Below, piece by piece: positions 1-10,939 of a stretch of DNA of 64,000 nt. Each line of letters opens with the position of its first letter. Position 1 is the first letter of the stretch. The DNA comes from Octopus bimaculoides (taxonomy: Eukaryota). A program made the translations under genes and the position numbers. Under the pieces are notes generated by a model, which was given only the letters and a program-made list of their open reading frames with translations, made no database searches and was not told the origin of the DNA. The stretch spans positions 7,978,924 to 8,042,923 of the forward strand of contig NC_068991.1 in assembly GCF_001194135.2 (NCBI RefSeq), written 5' to 3'.

Positions 1-797
1 ATATATATGAAATGCTTACTATTAGTACTAACGTCTGCGCATGTGTGTGTGTGTGCATGTACTTGTGTGAGTGTGTGAGCAGATTTATCATTTTAAGTGT
101 TTGATATTTCCTGTTTATTAATGTTTCAAGTGTTTTTCTTTGTTGATTGTGTGTATGTGTGTATATTTTATACATACATATATCTATTAATATATGTATA
201 TGTATCTATGAGTGTGTGTACGTGGCCATGTGTGTGTGTGAGTGTGTTTGTATATGAGTACATGTGTGTACATATATATATACAAACACACTCACAAACT
301 CTTACACATACACTCACACACACAAACTCTCATGCATACACACATGCGCATGCACACACTCTCACACAGACACTCTCATACACACACACTCTCACACACA
401 CACACTCTCACACACATACACTCTCACGCACACACAAACTCACACACACATTAACACATACACACTCTCACATACACACACACTCTCACACACACACATT
501 CTATCTCTCTCACATACACACTCTCTCACACACACACACTCTGTCTCACACATGCACAAACTTTATCACGCACACACACACACACACTCTCTCACACACA
601 CTCTCACGCATGCACAAAGTCTATCTCTCTCACATACACGCACGCACTCTCACACACACTCTCATGCACAAACTTTATCTCACACACACACACACACTCT
701 CACATGCACAAACTCCATCACACACACACACTCTCATACACACTCTCACATGCACAAACTCCATCACACACACACACTCTCACATGCACAAACTCCA

Positions 798-842
<45 letters not shown>

Positions 843-908
843 CTCTCTCACACACACTCTCACACATGCACAAACTCCATCACACACACACACACACACA
901 CACACACG
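1..908. repeat. Compound (CA)n/(CT)n microsatellite with an embedded minisatellite core ATGCACAAACT(CC/TT)ATC
   Basis: Alternating CA/TG and CT runs. The core recurs about 7 times between ~552 and ~882. The His/Thr-rich ORFs here are repeat translations. Confidence 0.9.
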
Positions 909-1214
909 TAGTAGGTTTGACATTGTAGCCTGGTGACATGCTTTCCTACAAATGTCACACACACAACTTGACTAAGTAATTAGAGCCAACAGTTGTAAAA
1001 AATCTCTTACTACAACCAAAGAAATGCAATGTAGCATGGCCATGTTGTCTGCCTGTCTCCATACAAACAACACAAATGGTCAAATGTCCAGCACACACTT
1101 TGCACAAGGACAACATAACTCTAAACATTTACAGTTTCTCCATTTTTTTTACCCTCTTTCTCTCATTTCCTCCGCTTCTCTTTTCCCTTTGTCTTTCTCT
1201 CTCTCTCTTCCTGT

Positions 1215-1246
<32 letters not shown>

Positions 1247-1934
1247 CTCTCTCCCTCCCTCCCTCTGTGTGTGTCTCTCTCTCACACACTCATTGACACA
1301 CATACTTGTATAAATGTATACATATAAACACTCAGACACATGGATGCAAACTGACACACATCCACATGCACGCATGCACACACACACTCACACACACACA
1401 CACACACACACATGCAGGTTTCATTAGTGGCTTGACCTGCTAGAATTAGCAGCCAAATACTCTTCAAACCACACCCTACCATCTTAGAAAATATATAAAC
1501 ACATAACGACAAATACACTGGACAATGTAGTTCCCAATATATAAAACGACAAGGGGTGGTCATAACTGGATTGCTTTGGATCATAGGTTTGCTAAATCAG
1601 GTCTGATCTATTACTAAACTTCGACCACAGCTTTTAATTTTTTAAATGTTGTTAAAATATGGAAATATTTCTTTTACCAAAGCACCATACCAATTATTTG
1701 TACAGGTGAAATATGTATAATTGATTGGGTCAAGCTCGACTGCTTCAGTTTCCCGTGTGCAACAGGTGGACCTCCGTGCTTTATCATTGTACTCTGCTAA
1801 TTACCGTTACTCTGTTGTGTTATTACACAATTAGAAAATGGTAATTATATATGCTTTGGTACTAAATTATTGTGGACAGTTAACTAGAATATCTATCTGT
1901 CTGTTTACCACCCTGTCTGCCTATTTGACTTTCA

Positions 1935-2390
1935 GTCTATGTATCTTTACTCTTTTACTTGTTTCAGTCATTTGACTGCGGCCATGCTGGAGCACCGCCT
2001 TGAGTCGAGGAAATCGACCCCAGGACTTATTCTTTGTAAGCCTAGTACTTACTCTATCGGCCTCTTTTGTCGAACTGCTAAGTTATGGGGACGTAAACAC
2101 ACCAGTATCGGTTGTCAAGCGATGTTGGGGGAACAAACACAGACACACACATATATACATATATACAATGGGCTTCTTTCAATTTCCATCTACCAAATGT
2201 GTGTGTGCATACACACTCACACATACATGACAGGCTTTCAGTTTGCGTCTACCAAATCTACCCACAAGGTTCTGGTCAGCTTGGTGCTACAGTGGTAGTA
2301 GAAGACACTTGCCCAAGGTGTCGCAGAGTGGAACTGAACTCAAGATCACATGGTTGGGAAGCAAACTTCTTAACAACTCAACTACATCTG
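1935..2390 (-). mobile_element. tRNA-derived SINE family A (octopus-type, internal microsatellite), near full length
   Basis: Reverse-strand head (..aagtttgcttcccaacc..gttcagttccactc..caccttgggcaagtgtcttctact), internal (TA/CA)n, and tail ..ggccgcagtcaaatgactgaaacaagtaaaagagta. The same modules recur more than 20 times in the window. Confidence 0.85.
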
Positions 2391-3204
2391 TCCCTTAAAT
2401 AAAGATGAAAATTTATACACAAATATACATGAAATTTAATGCCCAAATTACTTGTTGCTTCTGGAAGGCAAGTTTTTCAATATTCACCAATTAGTATTCT
2501 GTCCTGTTATACAAAACAGACTGGTTCAGATATTTACTATATTCAAAGCACTCGTAAATCTTAAATCATAAATCATGTTTTTCCATATCAGATTTTTGGT
2601 ATATTGATTTTTTTTTCTTTTAAATTGGCACAGTTCTGAAGGTTTTGAGAGAATGCTAATCGCTTGAATCAACACCAGTTTACCATAAGAGTTTATTCTA
2701 TCAACCTTAAAAAGATGAAAGGGGGAAAAATTAATCCTTGGCATTCTTAACTAAAGAATTGAAGGGATAAATCTTAATATTGCAAAATATTTATCTTCTT
2801 TGATCTTTCATTTCATTTGTCTTAGTCAATGAATTGTGGCGATGCTGGGGCACCACCATGAAGGGTTTAGTCAAACAAATTGATCCCAGTGTTTGTTGTT
2901 TTAAGTATGTTACTTATTCCGCTGATCTTGTTTGCTGAACTGCTAAGTTACAGGGGTGTAAACAAACCAACATCGGTTGTCAAGTAGTGTGTGTGAGGGG
3001 ACACAAGCACAAAGGCGTACACACACATGTTCCTAAAAACACAGACACACACATACACACAAGCTACAACCATGCCACCCACAAACATACATTTATACAG
3101 AAATACACTTACATCTGTATCTATACACTCGTATACATATGTCCACAGGTGAGCTTTCATACATAAAGTTACATAGTCTTACCATGCCTTTACCTTCTCA
3201 TAGT

Positions 3205-3410
3205 GAGGGTACATGGCTCAGTCGTTAAAGCAGTGAACTCACAATCATGAGGTAGTGAGTTCGATTCCCAGACTGGGCTGTGTGTTGTGTTCTTGAGCAA
3301 GTCACTTTATTTTACGCTGCTCCAGTTCACTCATTTGTAGAAATGTGTTGCAACATCACTGGTGCCAAGCTGTATTGGCTTTTGCCTTTCCCTTGGATAA
3401 CATTGGTGTT
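3205..3410 (+). mobile_element. tRNA-derived CORE-type SINE
   Basis: tRNA-like head (tggctcagtcgttaaagc..gagttcgattcc) followed by TTCTTGAGCAAGTCACTTTATTTTACGCTGCTCCAGTTCACTCATTTGTAGAAATG, which resembles the MIR/CORE domain as I recall it. Related copies at ~15880-16020 (-), ~16700-16850 (-), ~44480-44710 and ~59910-60090. Confidence 0.65.
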
Positions 3411-3725
3411 AATTACTGGAAAGCTCCGAGGATGGGGTGAAGTACTTCCTGGAAAGTTTCATGGAGGGGATGAAATTACCTGGAAAGTTCCATCGAGGGG
3501 TGAGGGTGTTAATTACTGGAAAGCTCCGAGGAAGGAGCGAAATTACCTGGAAAGTTCCAATGAGGTGTTAACTACTGGAAAGCTCCAAGGATGGGGGTGA
3601 ATGGAAAGGTACTCCCTGGAATGTTCCGAGGGGAGGTAGGTAATTAATGGAAAACTCTGAGGAAGGGCGAAATTACCTGGAAAGCTCCAAGGAGGGGTAG
3701 GATGGTGAGTTAATTCTTGGAAAAT
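3411..3725. repeat. Degenerate minisatellite, about 10 units of core AATTAC(C)TGGAAAG(C/T)TCC with G-rich variable linkers (~30-40 bp period)
   Basis: Core variants read directly at ~3411, 3443, 3474, 3510, 3541, 3570, 3610, 3641, 3671 and 3711. Confidence 0.8.
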
Positions 3726-3741
3726 TAGATATACAACCCAG

Positions 3742-3981
3742 CAGGGTTGTATTTTGTCACCTGATTTATTCAACCTGTATAGTGAGAAAGCTCTAAGCAA
3801 GACCAAGACAATTGCAGGGCTACAACTAAGGGAAAGAAATTATAAGAATCTGAGGTACACGGACGATATGGGTTTGTTTGAGGACACAGAAGAGAAGCTT
3901 TGGGGATTGATTAATATCATGACTGAGGAGAGTGGAAAGCTTGGATTGACGATTAACTGCATGAAAACCTTCTCAGTGGTC
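3742..3981 (+). mobile_element. RTE-type non-LTR retrotransposon reverse-transcriptase fragment (degenerate)
   Basis: Translates QGCILSPDLFNLYSE...NLRYTDD..L..DTEEKL..L....EESGKLGLTINCMKT, covering the RT QG(C)xLSP, YADD-like and GLxIN..KT motifs. Ends abruptly in (GAT)n. Confidence 0.85.
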
Positions 3982-4705
3982 TATGATGATGATGATGATG
4001 ATGGTTCAATAAATGAAATCATCTCCAGCTGACTTGGCTTTAGAAAAAATTTGTGCAAGATGAGTCCCAAAACAACTCACTGAATTGCTGAAGCAAAACT
4101 GCTTTGAAACGCCATCAACAACTTTTGGATCATTATGGTAATGAAGGTAACACTCTGTTGGAAAAAAGTTAGCACTGGTAGTAATATTTATTTATAAGTT
4201 TGTTGTGAATAATTAATGACTTGCCCTTGTATATAAAGACTTTCAGTCTTTACCAGGATTCATTTCTATTTTTCTTTCTCTCTCAATTCACTGAGTTTCT
4301 TTGTTTAATTATCAATAGGTTATTATAACCAGAACAAAGCTTTAACGAAGTTCAATGAACCAGCTCAATATCTTGATATTCTGCTTTCTACTGCACCTAG
4401 CATTGTGCTATGGGAGTGTTTGTTTGTTTGTTTGTGGTTGATGTGGGTTTTTTTCAGTGGAGGCCCATTGTCAGAAGTGACATGGATTCAACCACTTTCT
4501 AACATCTTGGGATATGATTCTATTTACTGGGAATAAATCTCTGTCCTTGTAACCGCTGACTTTCAGCTAAGCTGTAAATATGCCTACAGTAACCCATCAA
4601 CTGTAGGCTTCTTTCACCTTTTTTTCTTTCTGGCCATCGCTGAATGGTTTGCAAAGCTCATATGCGCTTCCTTTCTTCCTATGACTATCATAATTCTCAT
4701 CATTT

Positions 4706-4910
4706 AACATCCATGTTCCATGCTGGTATGGAACGTTGGAATTTTGATAGGACCTGATTGGCCCAAGGACTGCATTGTGCCTCAGTATGTTCTTTGATAT
4801 GGTTTCTATGGTTGGATGCCCTTCTTAATACCAACCACTTTGCAGTGTGTACTGGGTGCTTTTTATGTGACATCAACACTATTGAGGCCACAATGCTGCT
4901 TGCAAGACTA
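4706..4910 (-). mobile_element. 3' module of the RTE-associated retroposon (aagggcatcc.. / ccatgccagcatgga..gttaaatgatgatg tail)
   Basis: Reverse-complement match to the 3' end of the copies at 9240-9770 and 42900-43175. Confidence 0.7.
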
Positions 4911-5799
4911 TGTATGAGCTCCGAGGGAGGGAGTAGGAGAATGAGGAAAGAGGAGTAGAGTATGAGAGAAATAAAGGGCCAGAGCAGAACATGTAGGGGA
5001 ACTACATGACCCCTAACATTTTAGAAGAGGCAGTGGAAGTGATCATGTGGATCATGTTGCAGCCCCTTAACTTACCACCTCTGGTCAAACTGTCCAACCC
5101 ATGCCAGCACAGACAACGGACATTAAATGATGACGATCGTCATCATCGTGTTCATGAACTACATTGTAAATAGAGACCTTACTCATGTAACAATTGTGCT
5201 TCGTATTGCCTCAGAAGAATATTTTAACATCCATTTTTGTATGAAAAACAAAAACAAAAAAAAGCAAGTTTGACCAGAACTTGAAGAAAAGCAACAACAA
5301 CATGAAACAATAACCTGAAGTGTTGTTTGTTTCAAAATATTGATGTTTGCTCAAAGGCTTAATATCTCACTTGAACATGAATGCTGGAAACATATCAGGA
5401 AATAAGCAGGAGTTGAACGAGGAAGAGTAAGCCATGTTGCAACCCTTTTATTAGACATCTTGGAAAGTATAAAAAAGATGTTTATAAAGTTGAAGAAAAA
5501 AAATCGAGGACGGGGTGGGTGCCAGAAGCTGTTTTGTTTCGAGGGGTTATTATGGGTTATATGAATTAAAATGCAATAAAGGAGAACATACAGTAAAAGT
5601 CTAAAGATGCATGAATATTGGATGTTAAAATTACATTAGATTATGGCAATGAAGACAATCCCATTATTTGAAAACTTAACTTTGGAGTATGTTTGCCATT
5701 ATTAAATTCAACTGGAAAATAGGAAGTAGGAAACAGTTCTGTGAAAAAGAAAGGAGGAGAAAGAATGTTAAGTAAAAAATATAACAAACATAGTGTTGA

Positions 5800-6010
5800 A
5801 ATATAAGTGGGGTAGGAGGGAGGAGGAGAGAGGGAAAAGGAGGAGGAGGTAGGGAGGACAAATGAGAGAAAGGAAGAGGAGGAGGACAGGTGGAAGAAAA
5901 GGAGGAGGAGGATAGAGGGATGAAGAGGAGTAAGGAGGGAGGAGGAGAAGGAAGAGTAGGAAGGGATGAGGAGGAGAAGGGAGGGGAGGAGGTGGCAGTG
6001 ATGGCGGCTT
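5800..6010. repeat. Purine-rich degenerate (GGA/GAA)n low-complexity tract
   Basis: Seen directly in sequence. Confidence 0.85.
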
Positions 6011-6439
6011 TGTTTATAGTTTAAAACACAATTACTAAGCTTTTGCGCAAAGGAAGGTTTGGGATAGAGTTGAGCAATGTCAGTTTCTACTTTTAGACTA
6101 AATTTACTCTTTAACTGAAGTCCATTATTATTATTACATTCACAAATGGATTAACTTATGTGGAAAAGTCTGAAGTTTCACCCTATATTTTAAACTCGAT
6201 GGATTGTATTGTATTTGAAGAGAACACGATCTGGATTTGGTCCAAAAAACATTTTATACAATGATGTCTTGGAGATCAAAGTTTAGCCAATGAAGTTGAA
6301 TGAAGGAGAGAGAAAAATACAGAGACTTAACATGTTTTGGGAATTGCTATTCAATTTGGTAAGCAAAATGAAGGAAAAATCTGATGATAACACTCCATGT
6401 GAGCAATCATATCGGAGTATGAAGGAGTTTAACTTTATG

Positions 6440-6680
6440 ACCGAAGGGGTCTTTTACTTTACCCTTTTGGTCATTGTCCAACATTCGTGACCAAAGGTGA
6501 GGATACGCATGGAAACCAAATTGAAGATACCAATATCTCCTCTTTTGAAGATCAAATAGTGAAGCTGGCTCATTACTGTGCTAGAACCTGCAATCCAACC
6601 TTCTGCTTCCCATCACTCATGAACACAGCTCCAAATTACTAAAGCTCTCTGCTTGCCTCAATGACGATCCATTTTATTTT
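6440..6680 (-). mobile_element. Degenerate RTE-type RT C-terminal fragment
   Basis: Minus strand, with frameshifts, reads ..LRQAESF..-GAVFMSDGKQ..WIAGSSTVMSQLH..SMRILTFGHECWTMTKRV. This parallels the YLG..FTSDG..I..ASAVMR.L..PTLTYGHE.W region downstream of the RT core. Confidence 0.65.
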
Positions 6681-7315
6681 TGATTAACTTCAATTGATTT
6701 AAATTCCAGAGTTGTCTTCCCTTCCCTTCCTTGATCAGAAGTGGGCCATTCTCGTGTGACGTATGTGACAGTTAGAGACACAAATTATGAAATATATAAG
6801 CATAAATCTTGAATATTTACAGGAATTGTATTGATTCATTTTCCACAATAAAAATTGACCACCCAGTCAAGTACAAAACAAAAAATACTTTTAACCATGA
6901 ATGTATGTTGAATTTTTTTTACTGGTTCCAAGAGTTACACTGCACAAATTAACTTTTTGTCCTGGCAATATTAATGGCTAATTCTTCTGAATTTCCCCAA
7001 AGCAGCATAAAAAGCTTCATGTTGTTTATTTATTTATATTGGCCTTGAAATTTCAATAAAAATACAAAAGTGTTTACTGGACAACTGCGACTGTGGTCAC
7101 AATTTTCATTTACCTGGTGTGATTTGTGTGACAAAAAAATGGATTTGACATTTTCACGACAAAAATATTTTCTATATCTTCCAGATAACGTAGATCTGGA
7201 AGAAATTGTCCCGACAACAACATCTGATTGAAAAATAAGGAATGCCAACGTACCTTTACAAGTATATAGTGATTTTTTCCAGACATTCTAAAAATATTTG
7301 AATACCTGTTTGGGT

Positions 7316-7558
7316 TTAACGCTTTAGATAAATGAATCTGTCAAATATAAAACTTGTTCATTCACATTGTTTTGAATTAATCATGCTTTATCTCATAGCT
7401 TTGAGATTTCAATGATGTGATTGATTATTTTTAGAATGACATCATAACGTAGGTGTGAGAGGCCTGATCTGGCCAGTTTGAACACAAAACAAGTAGAAAT
7501 TTGGGGCTGGATTAGGTCAGTTTGGGCTGGATGTGGCTGGTTAACACTAAAAAGGTTA
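7316..7558 (+). mobile_element. piggyBac-like non-autonomous element (MITE family P1)
   Basis: Begins TTAA-c(g)ctttag and ends ..aaaaggtta. The body is shared with copies at 14095-14360 and ~58950-59072, which end aaagggTTAA. Confidence 0.65.
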
Positions 7559-8144
7559 GGGTTCATGAGAACAGCCCAATTGTCCACTAATAAAATAATC
7601 ATTCACTCTTCATTATAAGAATACTTTTAATTACTTAAAATTCTTTAACTCAATGCATTAAGTATGTCAATGCCTACTTTACCATATGATGGATTTACCG
7701 TCTGAAACTCATCACTGCATTACATTCTAAGATGTAACACTCAACGTCCATCTATTTCTCTCTGGCACCAACTTAGTAATTCTTCTCAGCTTTATGAGAA
7801 GATTCAATCAATTGCTCAATCAATCAATCAATAAAGATTAGTATTAGGTTATGATAACATTTGCTGAGAGATATTGATTTTTCTGTTTTTTTTAACAATA
7901 TATTTTCTGTTGACGATCTACTCCAAAAGACAGAGAAAATTACGAAGTGCGAAGTATTATGTCTGGCAAACCCTGAAGTGTCTCTGTTCACAGAAAAAAG
8001 TATATTTAGAGGAGAAAAGGAAACTTACATCTAATTACATCACCAAAAGTTAACTAGAGTCCGTTGAAGGATGTTTTTGAGGATTGTTCGGGACAAGTTA
8101 AACATATGTTATTAGTACTTAATCAAGTACCATTTCTTGGCACT

Positions 8145-8460
8145 TAAAGACCATGAGTGAGTGTGGGTGTGTGTCTGTGCATGTTTTTGTGTCTATGTAG
8201 GTGTATGTGTGTTTGTATATGTGTGTGTTTTGTTTGTGTATGTGTGAGTGTGTGCTTTTGTGTCTGAGTGTGTGCACACGTATGTCTGTATGTCTGCATG
8301 TTTTTGTGTCTATGTGGGTCTGTGTGTTTGTATATATGTGAGTGTGTGTGTGTATGTGTGTTTGTATATGTGTGCATGTTTTTGTGTAAGTGTTTGGTTG
8401 TGTATGAGTGTGTTTGTATCTGTGTGTGTGTGTTTGTATATGTGTGCATGTGTGTGTGCT
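8145..8460. repeat. Compound (GT)n microsatellite with recurring gtgcatgtttttgtgt motif
   Basis: Seen directly in sequence. Confidence 0.9.
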
Positions 8461-8768
8461 TGAAAAACTAAGTATTTTCTTGGAGAGGGAAGAAGACAAT
8501 AATCATTTGTGTAAATAAAAGTAGACTCTTAAATGAAGAGAATGGAAAGTACTGTACTGTATTTTATCCCCCCCAAAAAAGAACAAAGAAGAAATGAAAA
8601 AAACAATAGATATGTTGATTAATGACTAAACTCAAATTGGACAGCTCTAAACAGGATATGAAACTGAAAATTTACAAAGTATTGTAAAATCTGGAATTCT
8701 AGGAAAATGGTGAAAATGGTGAAGATGTGAGTTAGCAACAAGAAGGAATGTTGAGGCAATATCAAATA

Positions 8769-8815
8769 CAGTAGTACCTCGGTTTTTGAAGAACTCTGAT
8801 CTCGAATAAATTGTG

Positions 8816-8852
<37 letters not shown>

Positions 8853-8902
8853 AAGCACGATTTATTTGTGATCAGAGGTGTTTGTAAACCGAGGTACTAC
8901 TG
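8769..8902. mobile_element. Foldback MITE, Tc1/mariner (pogo/Tigger-like) type, TA target-site duplication, (TA)n centre
   Basis: TA|CAGTAGTACCTCGGTTT ... AAACCGAGGTACTACTG|TA. The 17-bp TIR is perfect and the ~51-bp arms are imperfectly complementary around a (TA)n loop. Confidence 0.85.
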
Positions 8903-9239
8903 TATTAAATGAATATGCGAAAGACAGGAGATAAAGTACGATTTATTCGTGATCAGAGGCGTTTTGTAAATGCTAAAGGGTTAAGCAAAAATAAGCACGT
9001 GCTTCGGGCATGAAGGAAAGAGAGGGGCGCTACGAAAATGGTAAATGGTTTATAGCACAAAAGAAATCACTTTGAACTTGCTAAAACAATATTCAAAGTG
9101 GTTTATATAATCAGAAATGTAGCCTGGAATTGTTTATGGTGTTGTAGTGAGGCTCTGACAAAAGATTTTGCAATTCAAAAAAAGTAGAAGAGAACTTCTC
9201 AAATATAAATAAAGTGAAGCACGACCTTCAAACATTGGG

Positions 9240-9770
9240 TGATGACAAGTGACTGAGACCTTTGGAGATATGCTGTGCTTGAGAAGACCTGGCAAGCCAG
9301 GTGTGACCGTAACTGTGGCCTATGCCAGTGTAGCATAACCAGCCCATTTAAGAGTACCCTTCAATCATTGGGCAACAAACTATGCTTGCAAAGACCTGTT
9401 GAAGCAAGTGAAGTTGTGGTCATGGCTGATGACAGTACCACCTAATTAGCACCCATGCCGGTGGCACATAGAAGCACCATTCAAGCGTGATTGTTGCTAG
9501 CATCGCCTGACTGGCTCTTGTGCTAGTGGCACATAAAAAGCACCATTCAAGCATGGTCAATGCCAGTGCCGCCTGACTGGCCTCTGTGCTGGTGGCATGT
9601 AAAAAGCACCCACTACACCCGTGGAGTGGTTGGCATTAGGAAGGGCATCCAGCTGTAGAGACTCTGCCAGGTCAGACTGGAGCCTGGTGCAGCCTCCTGG
9701 CTTGCCAATCCTCAGTCAAACCGTCCAACCCATGCCAGCACGGAAAGCAGACGTTAAACGACGATGATGG
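9240..9770 (+). mobile_element. 5'-truncated RTE-associated retroposon: ORF end plus 3' UTR with ~60-bp subrepeats and (GAT)n tail
   Basis: Starts ..gagacctttggagatatgctgtgcttgagaagacc (reads DLWRYAVLEKT). Contains 3 copies of ggtggcacrtaaaaagcacc.. and ends ccatgccagcacggaaagcagacgttaaacgacgatgatg. A second copy is at 42900-43175. Confidence 0.7.
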
Positions 9771-10034
9771 AAGTATACAAAAATAGACATTATTGCCCAT
9801 CTTATTGTTAGTTTTGTTTCATTTTGAAAAAAAAAAATTTATTTTATGTTTTATTATTGTGTATATTTTAAATTACATTTATGAGGGGTGGAATCCAAAA
9901 TCTTTTAAGTTCTTAAGGGCTTCTGTGGGCCTTTATCTGGCCCTGGCTCAGCAACTATGTAGATAATGTACCTAAAGCTTGATACATTACTCATTCACAG
10001 GTGATGGCTATGGTTTTTAAGGTTGGATAGAATT

Positions 10035-10262
10035 TGTGGCTGTGTGGTAAGAAGCTTGCTTCCCAACTACATGGCTCTGGGTTCAGTCACACCGTGTGGC
10101 ACCTTGGGCAAGTGTCTTCTACTATAGCCTCGGGCCGACCAAACCCTTGTGAGTGAATTTCGTAGAACAGACCAGCTCCTGTTGAACCATTCAATGCATA
10201 CCAGCATGGAAAACGGATGTTAAAGGCTGATGATGACGATCATTATCATAATGATGATGATG
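10035..10262 (+). mobile_element. SINE family A head joined to the (GAT)n retroposon tail
   Basis: ggctgtgtggtaagaagcttgcttcccaac.. head followed by ..ccagcatggaaaacggatgttaaa..gatgatga. Confidence 0.7.
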
Positions 10263-10464
10263 ATGTAAAAATCCAAGCTGTGTCCTCTTGAAGAACATCT
10301 GCTTATTTCAGTATTCCAATCTGGTATGTAGTGGTTATATTTATGTGAAGTACATATTAGAGTTGAAAATCCTGGAAATCTTGCTTGCAGAGTTATTTAT
10401 ATGACAAAACAGGATGTCGGAAAAAATTTGAAGCAAGCAAAAGAATAAAAAAATGTTTTTAAAT

Positions 10465-10495
<31 letters not shown>

Positions 10496-10654
10496 GATGT
10501 TTGTCTCCCCTTGGCATTTATTTCTAATATTCTGTGACAATGTCTGCTCAGGTGAGGATTGGCAACTGGAAGAGCATGCTGCTGTAGAAAACCTGCCTCA
10601 GTAAATGTTGTTTGACATGTGCAAGCATGGAAAACCGGGTGTTAAAACAGTGTT

Positions 10655-10860
10655 GAGGATGAGGAGGATGCAGATGATGATGACTATGATGGTGATGATG
10701 ATGGTAACAATGCTGATGACAAACGATGGTGACAATGACACCGACAACAACAACCATGGGGATGGTGGTGGTGATGACGACGACGACGGTGATTATGATG
10801 TTGACAATGGTGATGATGATGCTGGCAATGACAACAACAACAACAATGATAATAATGATT
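10655..10860. repeat. Degenerate (GAT)n/(CAA)n trinucleotide tract
   Basis: Seen directly. It produces the poly-D/N/M ORFs in the track. Confidence 0.9.
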
Positions 10861-10939
10861 TCTCCCCTGAGATCTTTCTTTCAGTGATATCCATTATTCA
10901 GCCATTCGACTGGACTGAAAAGACAAGAAAAAAATTGAA

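Noticed and set aside
97-936. Long His/Thr-rich ORFs (279 aa, 215 aa) and similar poly-HT/CV/YI/D/H ORFs across the window
   Set aside because: They are translations of (CA)n, (GT)n, (TA)n, (GAT)n and (CAT)n microsatellites, which lack stops in some frames.
3411-3725. CRISPR array interpretation of the repeat-linker pattern
   Set aside because: Cores are degenerate and short, linkers are short and related to each other, there are no cas genes, and the context is eukaryotic.
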